Source: an uncultured Verrucomicrobiae bacterium
Lineage (GTDB): Bacteria > Verrucomicrobiota > Verrucomicrobiia > Limisphaerales > Palsa-1400
Assembly: GCA_963764165.1 (NCBI GenBank)
Contig: CAVXRD010000001.1
Span: forward strand, 1,280,001 to 1,344,000
DNA: 64,000 bases
Reading direction: 5' to 3'
The translations under genes and the position numbers were made by a program. The notes under the pieces were generated by a model. It was not told where the DNA came from, made no database searches, and was given only the letters and a program-made list of their open reading frames with translations. How positions within the stretch are numbered: the stretch's first letter is position 1; every line of letters begins with the position of its first letter. Shown in pieces: positions 18,723 to 28,446 of this stretch.

Positions 18723-21700
18723 GTTGGGAGGGGCGAGGGTTGAATTCCAGACGGCACATGCGCCTTATCTTTGCGATTTCTATAAACCAACAGGTAAGCA
18801 ACGGGGACGATGAACATAGTGATCACCACGGAAACCGAAAGCCCGCCGATGATGGCTCGCGCCAACGGCGCGTAAGCCTCGGAGCCGGTGCCCAATTTGG
18901 CCGCCATCGGAATCAAACCAATCAAGGTGGCAAGCGATGTCATGAGAACAGGGCGCAAACGAACGCAACAAGCCGTGATGACCGCGTCCAGCAATTCTTT
19001 TCCATCTTCGCGCAGACGATGGGTAAATTCCAAAATGAGGATGCTGTTGGAAACGACAATGCCCACCATCATCACGATTCCCATGAGTGACATGACGTTG
19101 AGTGTTGTTCCCGTCAACAACAACAAAACCAGGACACCGGTCAGGCCGGCCGGCACCGCCAACAATATCAGCAGCGGATCGATGAGCGATTTGAATTGAG
19201 CAACGAGAATCAAATAGACGAGCAAGACCGAGAGAATCAGCCCAAGGCCAAAGCTCTTGAAGGAAGACGTCATGCCTTGAACCATTCCGCGAACATTCAC
19301 CCGCATGCCATGTGGAACCTGGATTTCGTCGAGGATGTGGTTGACGGACTTCATCACCGCGCCCAAATCCTCGCCTTTGGTCGCGACGTAAATATCAATA
19401 ATACGTTTAAGCTGGTAGTGATCGACTTCCGTGGCGGAAAGCGAACGGGTAATTTTGCTGACTGCATCGAGACGGGTCGGCAACGGGTGGCTGGCCGACC
19501 GAAGCGGGATCGATTGCAATTCGTCGAGATTTTTGATGTGGCCCTCCGGATATTGCACCGAAAGGAAGTAGTCGTTGCCGCTCTTGGGATCGATCCAGAA
19601 GCTGGGGGCGACCATTTGATCCGAGTTCAACGCCGTGATGACGCTGCTAACAACCTCCTTCGTGGTCAATCCGAGTTCGCCCGCGCGGCGGCGATCAATG
19701 TCCAAGTGAAGCGCGGGATAATCGACATCCTGCGGAACGAGGACATCGCTGACGCCATCGAGCGTCCGGATTCTGTTTGCGATGTCGGTGGCGGTTTTGT
19801 GGGCCGCTTCCAAGTCGGATGAGCTGACCTGGATGTCGATTGGCGCAGGCAATCCGAGATTCAAAATGGCGTTGAGTAATCCGCCCGGCTGCACATATAC
19901 GGTCAGTTCCGGCAGCTCCTTGCGCAATCGCCGCCGCACGCGCTCCATGTATTCGTAGCTGCCAATTTTGTGCCCTTCTTTCAAACTGGTTTGAATGAAG
20001 GCGGTGTGTTCGCCGGAGTTGCTCGAATACATTACCGAAAAACCGGGATCGAGGCCAGTGTTGTCGACCACCAATTCGAGATCATCGGGCGACACTTCCT
20101 CGTGGATGATTTTTTCCACCTCCTGCACCAACGCGTCGGTCTTTTCCAAACGCGTGCCGGTAGCTGCCTTGAGGTTCACTACAAACTGGCCGGGATCGGT
20201 TCGTGGAAAATAAGACACCCCCACAAAATGAAACAGAAGCAGGCTGGCTCCGAAGATGGCGGTCAGGGAGAGGATTGTCCGCCACGGACGATTCAGTGCA
20301 TAGATCAGCAGAATTTGATATTGATCAACGAACTGTTTGAACTTCGTGTTAAAACCATCGACCAAGCGCCGTCCCAACGACGGGCGTTTTCCGTGGAGAT
20401 CTGCGCCATGGGCTCCCTTGATAAAGTTCGCGCAGAAGAGAGGCACAACCGTCAGCGCCACGAAATAGGAAGCCGCCAAAGCCAGCACCACGGAGAGCGC
20501 CAGCGACGTGAAGAGAAATTTGCTCACGCCGTAAAGGAACGTGACCGGGAAGAAAACTACCGCCGTGGTGAGTGTGGCCGCGAGCACCGGAAGCGCCACT
20601 TCCGAGCCGCCTTTCTCCGCCGCCACTCTTGGTGACTCACCCAATTCCAGATGCCGGAAAATATTTTCGAGAACCACGACCGAGTTGTCGATGAGCCGCG
20701 AGAACACCAGTGCCAATCCGCCCAGCGTCATCGAATTGATCGTCTCGTTTTCATGTCCCAACGCAAAGAATGTAGCCAGCGCGGACAACGGAATGGAAAG
20801 AAAGACAGCCAGGGTCGCTTTGGAATTGCCGAGGAAAATCAGGATCATCAATCCCGTGAGAACGAGACCCACTGCTCCCTCGTGAATAAGATTCTCTATG
20901 GCATTCTTCACGAACACCGATTGGTCGAAGACAACTTTGGGAATGAGTTGCTCCGGCACATCAACGAGGTCCGACACCATCTTCTTGACGCCGCTGACGA
21001 CCGCGATCGTGTTGGCGTCACCGCCCTGCTTCAGCACCGGCAGATAAACGGACTTTTGCCCGGCAACACGGACAATGTTGTATTGCTGGCCTGAAGCGTC
21101 CTTTGCGACGCCGATGTCGCCGACCAGCACTGGCGAGTTGCCCACGGTCTTTAGTGGCAGGCTATTGATTTCGTCCATGCCGGTAAGTTGGCTGTTGGCG
21201 TAGAGGTTGAAATCGAACGGTCCGATTTTTACATCGCCAGCGGGAAGAATGAGATTGGAATCATTGACCGCCCGCACGACATCCATCACGCTCAGGCTGT
21301 GCGCTTCCAGCTTTAGAGGATCGACGTAGACCATTATTTGCCGATGGACGCCGCCGAACGATTCGGGCACTGACGCGCCGGGAACATTCGCAACCTGATT
21401 GCGCACGGCGAAGTCAGCAGCGTCGCGGAGTTGTTTTTCGCTCAAGCCATCACCCTTCAATGTAATCAGACAAACCGGAAGACTGGATGCGTCGAACTTG
21501 AGCACAACCGGGGGCCATGTTCCCGGCGGTAGTTTGCGCAAATCCGCCGCCGCGAGATTTCCAATAGTGCTGACAGCTGTGTCTGGATCAGAGCCGGGCT
21601 GGAAGTAAATTTTGATCAGGCTCACGCCTGGAAGCGAGCGCGACTCCATGTGATCGATGCCGCTGGCGAGAGTAAAGAATCGTTCGTAATGCGTGGTGAT

Positions 21701-21880
21701 GTCGTTCTCGATTTGCTCAGGTGGCATGCCTTGGTAAAACGTCGCAACCACCACGACCGGAATATTGATCGACGGAAACAGATCGACGGGCATTCGCACG
21801 AGGGTGGAAATGCCCAGCACGCAGACGACCACGCAAATAACGCAGACGAGATACGGGTAACGAATGGCAAATTTCGGCAT
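18719..21880 (-). CDS. RND efflux permease (AcrB/CusA superfamily)
   Basis: 1053 aa; PVDLFP.INIPVV; IDNSVVVLENIFRH; RLRPVLMTSLATLIGLIPMA. Confidence 0.95.
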   Translation of the reverse strand: MPKFAIRYPYLVCVICVVVCVLGISTLVRMPVDLFPSINIPVVVVATFYQGMPPEQIENDITTHYERFFTLASGIDHMESRSLPGVSLIKIYFQPGSDPDTAVSTIGNLAAADLRKLPPGTWPPVVLKFDASSLPVCLITLKGDGLSEKQLRDAADFAVRNQVANVPGASVPESFGGVHRQIMVYVDPLKLEAHSLSVMDVVRAVNDSNLILPAGDVKIGPFDFNLYANSQLTGMDEINSLPLKTVGNSPVLVGDIGVAKDASGQQYNIVRVAGQKSVYLPVLKQGGDANTIAVVSGVKKMVSDLVDVPEQLIPKVVFDQSVFVKNAIENLIHEGAVGLVLTGLMILIFLGNSKATLAVFLSIPLSALATFFALGHENETINSMTLGGLALVFSRLIDNSVVVLENIFRHLELGESPRVAAEKGGSEVALPVLAATLTTAVVFFPVTFLYGVSKFLFTSLALSVVLALAASYFVALTVVPLFCANFIKGAHGADLHGKRPSLGRRLVDGFNTKFKQFVDQYQILLIYALNRPWRTILSLTAIFGASLLLFHFVGVSYFPRTDPGQFVVNLKAATGTRLEKTDALVQEVEKIIHEEVSPDDLELVVDNTGLDPGFSVMYSSNSGEHTAFIQTSLKEGHKIGSYEYMERVRRRLRKELPELTVYVQPGGLLNAILNLGLPAPIDIQVSSSDLEAAHKTATDIANRIRTLDGVSDVLVPQDVDYPALHLDIDRRRAGELGLTTKEVVSSVITALNSDQMVAPSFWIDPKSGNDYFLSVQYPEGHIKNLDELQSIPLRSASHPLPTRLDAVSKITRSLSATEVDHYQLKRIIDIYVATKGEDLGAVMKSVNHILDEIQVPHGMRVNVRGMVQGMTSSFKSFGLGLILSVLLVYLILVAQFKSLIDPLLILLAVPAGLTGVLVLLLLTGTTLNVMSLMGIVMMVGIVVSNSILILEFTHRLREDGKELLDAVITACCVRLRPVLMTSLATLIGLIPMAAKLGTGSEAYAPLARAIIGGLSVSVVITMFIVPVAYLLVYRNRKDKAHVPSGIQPSPLPT

Positions 21881-21898
21881 GGGATTGTTGGAGGGATT

Positions 21899-22588
21899 TT
21901 ACGGTTGCAGCGCAGCCCGCAATTTTTGGACGGTGAAATCATTGGAACGGCAGAGTTGAACGAGTGCGCGTTCCTTTTCCGCTGCTTGATTGGCGGCCCT
22001 GGGAATGTCTGCGGCAATCTCGTCCGGAATGCAAAGAACTCCATGCTGGTCGCCCATGAGCAAGTCGCCGGACTTTACAGTAAGACCGCCGACGCTTACG
22101 TCGCCGCCGACTTCCACGATGTGAGCGTAGGCATGCGAAACCGCCACGCTTCGCGCAAAAAAATGAAACGGAATGCCTTCCACTTCGGGGAGATCGCGCA
22201 CCGCACCCGTCGTCACCGCGCCAATGCAGCCAAGTGCTTTTAAGATGTTCGAATGGACTTCTCCCAGGAATGCACCCGTTCCAGGCGCGCTGTCCACATC
22301 CTCAATGACGACCACGCGCGGCGCTGGGATCGTCAATACGAAATCCCACCAATCGGTGCGGTCCATGTATATCTGCCCGGTTGGCGGTGGCGCAGAAGAT
22401 CGGACACGAAGTGTCACCGCATAGCCAACCATTGTCCGCAACGATGGGAAAAAGCAGCGAACACTGGAATCGACATAGCCCTCATTGCGCAGGCGAACGT
22501 GAAAACTGTCGATGGCGTTCGCCGCGGAACAGGTGTCGAGCGCCTGCAACGCTGCCAATTGCTCAAGAGTCAAATTGGCTGCGCTCAC
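21899..22588 (-). CDS. RraA-family protein (HMG/CHA aldolase-like)
   Basis: MVGYAVT; AFLGEVHS; GAVTTGAVRDL; VKSGDLLMGDQHGVLCIP. Confidence 0.88.
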   Translation of the reverse strand: MSAANLTLEQLAALQALDTCSAANAIDSFHVRLRNEGYVDSSVRCFFPSLRTMVGYAVTLRVRSSAPPPTGQIYMDRTDWWDFVLTIPAPRVVVIEDVDSAPGTGAFLGEVHSNILKALGCIGAVTTGAVRDLPEVEGIPFHFFARSVAVSHAYAHIVEVGGDVSVGGLTVKSGDLLMGDQHGVLCIPDEIAADIPRAANQAAEKERALVQLCRSNDFTVQKLRAALQP

Positions 22589-23835
22589 AAATCCTCCTTG
22601 CCAATCAATTTAATTTCCACTTTCTGGCCCACTTTGATTTGCGAACGATTGCCGATGACAACCATATCGTTTTCCTTCAAACCGGAAAGCACCTCGAAAC
22701 GGTCTGGCGTAGCGAGGCCGATTGTCAGACGACGCTCCTCAATTTCTTGCCTGTCGTTGACAACCAGTGCGGTGGGGGATTTCAGGTTGGAGAGTGCCTG
22801 CCCCGGCACCGTCAGCGTATTGGCGTGGCGTTCCAACTCCAGGCGAACGCTGGCATAAACGCCTGGCGTCAAAGACAAGTCCTCGTTTGGCACATCGATT
22901 TCCGAATCCATGGTGCGCGTGGCCATGTCGACGTTGTGGGTGAAACGGCTGATCTTGCTGTGCAAGATCCGCCCGGTAGCAGCGATCTGAATTTCAACCG
23001 GAACTCCCGACTTAATGTATTGCACGTAGGAAACCGAGACGGGAAAGTCGAGGCGCAGCCGCGCGTTCTCGGAAAGCCGCACCAGAGGCATGCCCGAGCC
23101 GCTTGGGTTGACTCCGCCTTGCACCAGCGCTCCCACATCTGCATAACGCTTGGTTATCACTCCCGGAAACGGAGCAATAATTTTGCAATCATTTTGGATG
23201 GCCATGAGCCGATCCAATTCCGCCTGGGAAACTTTCACATCTTCCTTCGCGGCGGCGAGGTTCGCGTCGGCAGCGGCATTCTTGGCCCGCGCCGTGTCCA
23301 AATCCTGCTGGGAAATCAGGTGGGCCTTGCTCTCGTTTATTTTTTCGAGGCGCGTCCAGCTGAGATGCGCGTCCTCGTATGACGCGGCGGCTTGGTCAGC
23401 TTTCTTTTCATCGCGAACTTTGGCCGCCTCCGCGCGTTCAATTTCCTGGGGCAGCTCGGGAATTTCCAATGTCGCCAGCAAATCGCCCTGTTTCACCTGG
23501 TCGCCGATGTCGACATTGATGCTTTTCACAAATCCAGCGACTTCCGCATGAAGATCGATGACCTGGTAGGGGCGGAATTCGGCGTCAAAACTTTCGCTGC
23601 GGCTCAAGTCTTCGCGATCCACCTTAATGACGGGCACGGTCAGAATCGCGTCATTTTGACCCGGGGGGATTGTTTTGCCGTGCGAAGCTGAGTGGGCGAC
23701 AAGAATAAATCCACCCAAGCCAATCAGCGCGCAGACGACGATTTTCCACACCACCGCCCCACGGGGGCGAGAGGTTTGCGCACTGCTATTGAAAGGAGAC
23801 TCGGGCGTTGAGGGAAGGGTAGAATCACTTTCCAT
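22585..23835 (-). CDS. RND efflux periplasmic adaptor (MFP) subunit
   Basis: VAGFVKSINVDIGDQVKQGDLLATL; IAPFPGVITKR; LTPGVYA. ATG 23835 chosen as the start because it overlaps the end of the kinase gene. Confidence 0.92.
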   Translation of the reverse strand: MESDSTLPSTPESPFNSSAQTSRPRGAVVWKIVVCALIGLGGFILVAHSASHGKTIPPGQNDAILTVPVIKVDREDLSRSESFDAEFRPYQVIDLHAEVAGFVKSINVDIGDQVKQGDLLATLEIPELPQEIERAEAAKVRDEKKADQAAASYEDAHLSWTRLEKINESKAHLISQQDLDTARAKNAAADANLAAAKEDVKVSQAELDRLMAIQNDCKIIAPFPGVITKRYADVGALVQGGVNPSGSGMPLVRLSENARLRLDFPVSVSYVQYIKSGVPVEIQIAATGRILHSKISRFTHNVDMATRTMDSEIDVPNEDLSLTPGVYASVRLELERHANTLTVPGQALSNLKSPTALVVNDRQEIEERRLTIGLATPDRFEVLSGLKENDMVVIGNRSQIKVGQKVEIKLIGKEDL

Positions 23836-25267
23836 TTTTGTGTGAGTTTGAATTTTGGGGGTTGCCGGCCAGAGGAACTTCAACCTTAAATCGGCTGCCT
23901 TGGCCTTCGTTGCTTTCGACCTTTATGGTCCCGCCGTAGGCGCTGCAAATGGATTTCGCGATGGAAAGCCCCAATCCGGCCCCTCCCAGTTCGCGGGACC
24001 GCGCTTCATCAACTCGGAAAAAACGTTCGAACAACCGCGGTTGAGCTTCCTTCGGAATGCCAATACCAGTGTCTCCCACTTCCATGACAGCCCGACTGTC
24101 AAGCGCCGCAACTGAAATGCTCACCTTGCCGCCGGTGGGCGTGTATTTGATCGCGTTATCAAGGAGATTGACAACAACCTGCTTGAAACGAGCCCGGTCT
24201 CCTTCAACCACAACCGCCGATGGTGTTGCCGCTTGAATCTCAATGCCTTTATCGACCGCCAGCGGTTCCAGTTGCCCGGCGGTGCTCGAGGCCAATTCAG
24301 CCAAATCGAATGGGGCCCACTTTTTTTCTCCATCACCAGAATCGAGGCGCGAAATGGCGAACAAGCCCTCAACAATCCGCCGAAGCCGTTCCGCCTCTTC
24401 AAGAATGCTGGACAATGTTTGCAACGATTCTTGTGACAGGGACCTATCTTGAACCATCGCCTCCAACTCTCCTGTGATGAGCGTGAGAGGAGTGCGCAGT
24501 TCGTGCGAAGCATCCTCAATAAATCGTTGGTTGTGCCGCACGGCATCCTCCAACCGCGCAATCATATTGTTCAGTGAGACCGAAAGGCGCTCAAGTTCAT
24601 CACCGGTCTTGGCGATAGGAAGGCGGTCGCTCAGATTCTGGAGGCTGATTCGCTCGGCGCTTTTTGAAATTTGATCAACGGGAGCCAGCGCATTTTGGAC
24701 TAAAACATACCCGCCGACGATCGAAACTACGACCATGACTGCCAACCCGGAGACCAGGAGAATGACAAAATGATGCAGGATAAGTTGGGCCGACTGGAGC
24801 GGAACGCCAACTTCCACGAGGAAATGTTTGCCTGATGCTGATTGGCACGGAACCGCTGCGACCACGATACCTCTGCCGTCTGCCAAATATTCGGGCTTCC
24901 AAGTCACCTGCGTGACAGGCTGGGGGAAGGCGGGAATCTCTGCGGCTTTGAAACTCATATCGCGAGGGTCACGCGATACGTAAAGCACGCTTGCGTCGCC
25001 GCGAGTGATGCGCACAAAGCGGTTATTCACCTCGGGCGTCACCCATGAATTGATCTCTTCCACCACATGCGCCTCGCCCGTTTTATCAACGTTGGCCAGC
25101 AGCGTTTCCGCCATCTGTTGCGCCCGCTGAACCTGCGTCAGCCCAAGATTCCGCACGAGGTAGGCCTGAAGCCCGGCGTAGATCAAAGCACCGAGCAAAA
25201 CGTAGGAGGCGAACAACAGCCCCGCATACCAAACCACCAATCGAAACCGTATCGAGTGGAGTGTCAT
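23825..25267 (-). CDS. Sensor histidine kinase, HAMP-HisKA-HATPase (CusS-like)
   Basis: GDELERLSVSLNNM (HAMP); DASHELRTPL; NLLDNAIKYT; GAGLGLSI. Confidence 0.93.
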   Translation of the reverse strand: MTLHSIRFRLVVWYAGLLFASYVLLGALIYAGLQAYLVRNLGLTQVQRAQQMAETLLANVDKTGEAHVVEEINSWVTPEVNNRFVRITRGDASVLYVSRDPRDMSFKAAEIPAFPQPVTQVTWKPEYLADGRGIVVAAVPCQSASGKHFLVEVGVPLQSAQLILHHFVILLVSGLAVMVVVSIVGGYVLVQNALAPVDQISKSAERISLQNLSDRLPIAKTGDELERLSVSLNNMIARLEDAVRHNQRFIEDASHELRTPLTLITGELEAMVQDRSLSQESLQTLSSILEEAERLRRIVEGLFAISRLDSGDGEKKWAPFDLAELASSTAGQLEPLAVDKGIEIQAATPSAVVVEGDRARFKQVVVNLLDNAIKYTPTGGKVSISVAALDSRAVMEVGDTGIGIPKEAQPRLFERFFRVDEARSRELGGAGLGLSIAKSICSAYGGTIKVESNEGQGSRFKVEVPLAGNPQNSNSHKNGK

Positions 25268-25944
25268 GATGGTGTCCCCACTTCCACCGAATATCCAAAA
25301 CCACGAATTGTATGAATCAGCCGCTTCGAATAGCCGGTGTCCATTTTGGCCCGCAGGTTGGCAATGTGGACGTCCACAATTTTCGTGAGCCCCTCAAAGC
25401 TTGCATCCCAGACGTGATCGATGATTACTCTTCGCGACATAACCCGTCCAGGGTTCGTCACCAGGAATTCCAGCAAAATATATTCTTTGACAGTGAGGTC
25501 GATTTTCTTGCCGGCCCTCTTGACCTTCCGATTCAATCGGTCAATTTCCAGATCGTCGACTTTTAGGATGTTTGAGCGTTCCGCGCCTCCACGGCGAAGC
25601 AGGGCTTTGATTCGAACCAGGAGTTCCGCAAAGGCAAACGGTTTGGTAAGGTAATCGTCAGCGCCTGATTCGAAGTTAAGAACTTTTTCCGCCGTGCTGT
25701 CCTTGGCCGTCAACACGAGCACAGGGACTTTGGAACCGCCCTTTCGGATGAGTTTCAGCAATTCCGTTCCACCCAATTTCGGCAACATCAAATCGAGCAC
25801 GATGAGATCGTATTCGCTTACGGAAATCATTCCCCAGGCGGAGTCCCCATCGTGGCAAATATCGACGGCATAGAGTTCGTCGCGCAGTCCTCGCGCAACA
25901 AATTCAGCCAGCTTTTTTTCGTCTTCGACAAGCAAAAGGCGCAT
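25264..25944 (-). CDS. OmpR-family response regulator (CusR-like)
   Basis: MRLLLVEDE; GADDYLTKPF; IHTIRGFGY. Confidence 0.95.
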   Translation of the reverse strand: MRLLLVEDEKKLAEFVARGLRDELYAVDICHDGDSAWGMISVSEYDLIVLDLMLPKLGGTELLKLIRKGGSKVPVLVLTAKDSTAEKVLNFESGADDYLTKPFAFAELLVRIKALLRRGGAERSNILKVDDLEIDRLNRKVKRAGKKIDLTVKEYILLEFLVTNPGRVMSRRVIIDHVWDASFEGLTKIVDVHIANLRAKMDTGYSKRLIHTIRGFGYSVEVGTPS

Positions 25945-26325
25945 ATAATGCCAAATTACGCCATGAGTAGACGGGCGATAAATAAAGTTTTGGCCAAGAG
26001 AACATTAAGTTTTCTTTACCATTCTCAGGCGTTGCTCGACTGTCCTGGAAAATGAAAAGAGGGATCGATGACCCTCCTGCCCTGGCCTAATGTGACCGTC
26101 GCCGCGATGCGCCGACAAAGGGTCAAGCTCAACCGGGCTCTCGCGCCGGAAAGAAATGCTGCACGGTGCTTCCGTAGTGTTGCACCCTGCCACAATTCCG
26201 ATACAAGATTGAAACACTCGCCGCGCCGCGCCGAACTCGCGGAAGAATCCATTCAGCCCCCGGAGATCAAAGAGTTTGTGGGTTCGGTTTCTATAAATAT
26301 TCCCCGCCGCTGGCGCTGCCGGAGC

Positions 26326-26364
26326 AAAAAAAATCCCATCGAGCGTGGATGCGCTCGATGGGAT
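26326..26364 (-). terminator. Intrinsic terminator after rplI
   Basis: On the minus strand: stem ATCCCATCGAGCG / CGCTCGATGGGAT followed by a T run, 15 bp after the rplI stop. Confidence 0.85.
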
Positions 26365-26378
26365 GAACTCTTTGAAAA

Positions 26379-27023
26379 TTATTCGCCTTTCTTGGCTTTC
26401 TTTTTCTCGGACTTGGCTGGCTTTTCGGACTCAGGAACAGCGGCGGTTTCTTCTTTGACGCGTTCAGCGCGCTTGTGGCCGCGGGATTCGGTCTTGGCGG
26501 ATTCGCGGTCGCCACGGTCGCGGTCCCGGCCTTCGCCGGTCGCAGGAGCCTCCGGCGCGGCCACCGGAGTGGTGCTTTCGATGCGGAGCTTCAATTTCGC
26601 GGGCACATCGGCGTGCAATCGGAGTTCGATTTCGTGCTCGCCCAGAGTCTTGATCGGATGCTCCAAATGGATTTTGCGCTTGTCGAGGGCGATGTCGAAC
26701 TGCGTCTTCAACTGGTCGGCGATCATTCCCGCCGTGACGGCGCCGAACATCTTGCCGTCGTCGCCGGTCTTGACCGCCAAGACAGCGATCAGCTTGGAGA
26801 TGCTCTTGGAAAGTTCGCTCATCGTGTTGAACTCATGCGCTTCGCGTTCGGCGCGGCGCTTCTTGAGAGCTTCGACGCGGCGCTTGTTGCCGTCGGAAAC
26901 GGGGATGGCCAATTGCTGCGGGATAAGATAATTGCGGGCATAGCCAGCGGAAACCTTCACGAGATCCGACTCGCCGCCAAGGCCCACGATGTTTTGAATC
27001 AAAATAACTTCTGTTTTTGGCAT
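26379..27023 (-). CDS. rplI: 50S ribosomal protein L9 with charged C-terminal extension
   Basis: VKVSAGYARNYLIP; GKMFGAVT; PIKTLGEH. Confidence 0.97.
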   Translation of the reverse strand: MPKTEVILIQNIVGLGGESDLVKVSAGYARNYLIPQQLAIPVSDGNKRRVEALKKRRAEREAHEFNTMSELSKSISKLIAVLAVKTGDDGKMFGAVTAGMIADQLKTQFDIALDKRKIHLEHPIKTLGEHEIELRLHADVPAKLKLRIESTTPVAAPEAPATGEGRDRDRGDRESAKTESRGHKRAERVKEETAAVPESEKPAKSEKKKAKKGE

Positions 27024-27037
27024 AAATTTTTTCTTTC

Positions 27038-27502
27038 TTAAAATGGAACGTCGTCTTCTTCCGGCGGCGGACCGTCTCCGCTGTCGGGAGGTTCAGGCGC
27101 TTTGGGAGCCGCCGGGCTCGGGGCGCGGCGCGGCGCCGCTGATTCACCCGAGCCGCCACCACCTTCGCCGGGACTGCCGAGGAATTGGACGGTTTCAGCC
27201 ACCACTCCCAATTTGCTTCGCTTTTGGCCGGTTTGCTTGTCGTCCCATTGATCGAGACGAAGGCGGCCTTCTATTAAAATGGGACGGCCCTTGCGCATGT
27301 ATTGGGCGACGTTTTCAGCCGTGCGGCCGAAAATATCCACATCCACAAAGGTGACCTCTTCCTTTTTCTCGCCGGATTCGCTTGTCCAGACGCGGTTCAC
27401 CGCCAGGCCAATTTTCGCAATGGCCGTGCCCTTCGGCGTATAGCGCAACTCGGGGTCGCGCGTCAAATTGCCGACGAGAATGACTTTGTTGAAACTTGCC
27501 AT
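27038..27502 (-). CDS. ssb: Single-stranded DNA-binding protein
   Basis: NKVILVGNLTRDPELRYTP; acidic tail EDDVPF. Confidence 0.98.
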   Translation of the reverse strand: MASFNKVILVGNLTRDPELRYTPKGTAIAKIGLAVNRVWTSESGEKKEEVTFVDVDIFGRTAENVAQYMRKGRPILIEGRLRLDQWDDKQTGQKRSKLGVVAETVQFLGSPGEGGGGSGESAAPRRAPSPAAPKAPEPPDSGDGPPPEEDDVPF

Positions 27503-27529
27503 GGCGCAGCCGGTTGAACTCCAGATTCG

Positions 27530-27838
27530 TTACGCTGCGACAGCTTTGGGAGCGGGCGCAAGCGTGAACAGAATGCGGAAAATATCTTCGTTATTGGTGA
27601 AGCGCGTGCGCAAGGTCGAAAGCACAGTGGGCCCTCCTTCAAACACGAAATTGACGTAATAACCCGAGCTGTGCTTGCGGTCGGCCACGCGCGAAAACGG
27701 CTTCTTTTCCATTTTCTGCACGGTCTCGACTTTGCCGCCGGCAGTCGAGATTTCGGCGGAGATTTTGTCGATCAATTCCTTGATCGTCTCTTCCTTGCCC
27801 GCGCTATTCAAAATAAACAAACCTTCGTAACGTTTCAC
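27530..27838 (-). CDS. rpsF: 30S ribosomal protein S6
   Basis: MKRYEGLFIL...GGKV...GYYV; expected position upstream of ssb. Confidence 0.93.
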   Translation of the reverse strand: MKRYEGLFILNSAGKEETIKELIDKISAEISTAGGKVETVQKMEKKPFSRVADRKHSSGYYVNFVFEGGPTVLSTLRTRFTNNEDIFRILFTLAPAPKAVAA

Positions 27839-28443
27839 TATTTTCCTTTTTCTGCGGGAGCCGTCGCGGCTCCGTTAAATTTATTCATCGCCATGCTGAT
27901 TCCATCGCTCAACCAGCATTCCACTTGCCGGACGGCGCGATCCAAAACTTCTTCCATCAATTTCCATTCCGCAGCGTCGAACCGCCCCAGAACGTGGCCC
28001 GAAATTTCCCGCTGCTCGGGCGTCTTTCGGCCAATTCCAATCCGCAACCGCGGATACCCTCGCGTTCCCAATTGCTGCTCGACGGAATCCAATCCATGAT
28101 GCCCGCCGCTGCTGCCATCGGGCCTTATTCGCAATTGCCCGGTCGGCAAATCCGCGTCGTCCACTGCAATCAGCACCCTAAGCGGCGGCACTTGATAAAA
28201 CCGCGCCACGGCTCCGACTGCGTCGCCGCTGGCGTTCATGAACGTCTGCGGCTGCCCTAAAATCAATTTCCGGCCGTCGCGTTCCACTTTGGCCAGCCGG
28301 GCTTGAAATTTCTTTTCCAAAACCCAGGCGGCTCCCCATCGCGCCGCCAATCGTTCCACCAGCACAAACCCAATATTGTGGCGGGTGGCGGCGTAATCGG
28401 GACCAGGATTGCCCAGTCCCGCGATGAAATATTGGTTCTCCAA
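27838..28443 (-). CDS. pth: Peptidyl-tRNA hydrolase
   Basis: GLGNPG..YAATRHNIGF; PQTFMNASG; GSSGGHHGL; RLRIGIG. Confidence 0.97.
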   Translation of the reverse strand: MENQYFIAGLGNPGPDYAATRHNIGFVLVERLAARWGAAWVLEKKFQARLAKVERDGRKLILGQPQTFMNASGDAVGAVARFYQVPPLRVLIAVDDADLPTGQLRIRPDGSSGGHHGLDSVEQQLGTRGYPRLRIGIGRKTPEQREISGHVLGRFDAAEWKLMEEVLDRAVRQVECWLSDGISMAMNKFNGAATAPAEKGK

Positions 28444-28446
28444 CGA

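Noticed and set aside
23825..25944. Naming the two-component/RND locus cusRS-cusCBA
   Set aside because: The regulators are CusRS-like, but I could not verify metal-binding Met/His motifs in the pump or adaptor, so no gene symbols were assigned.
26068..26931. 287-aa plus-strand ORF over rplI
   Set aside because: Antisense to rplI and its terminator; no protein-like features.
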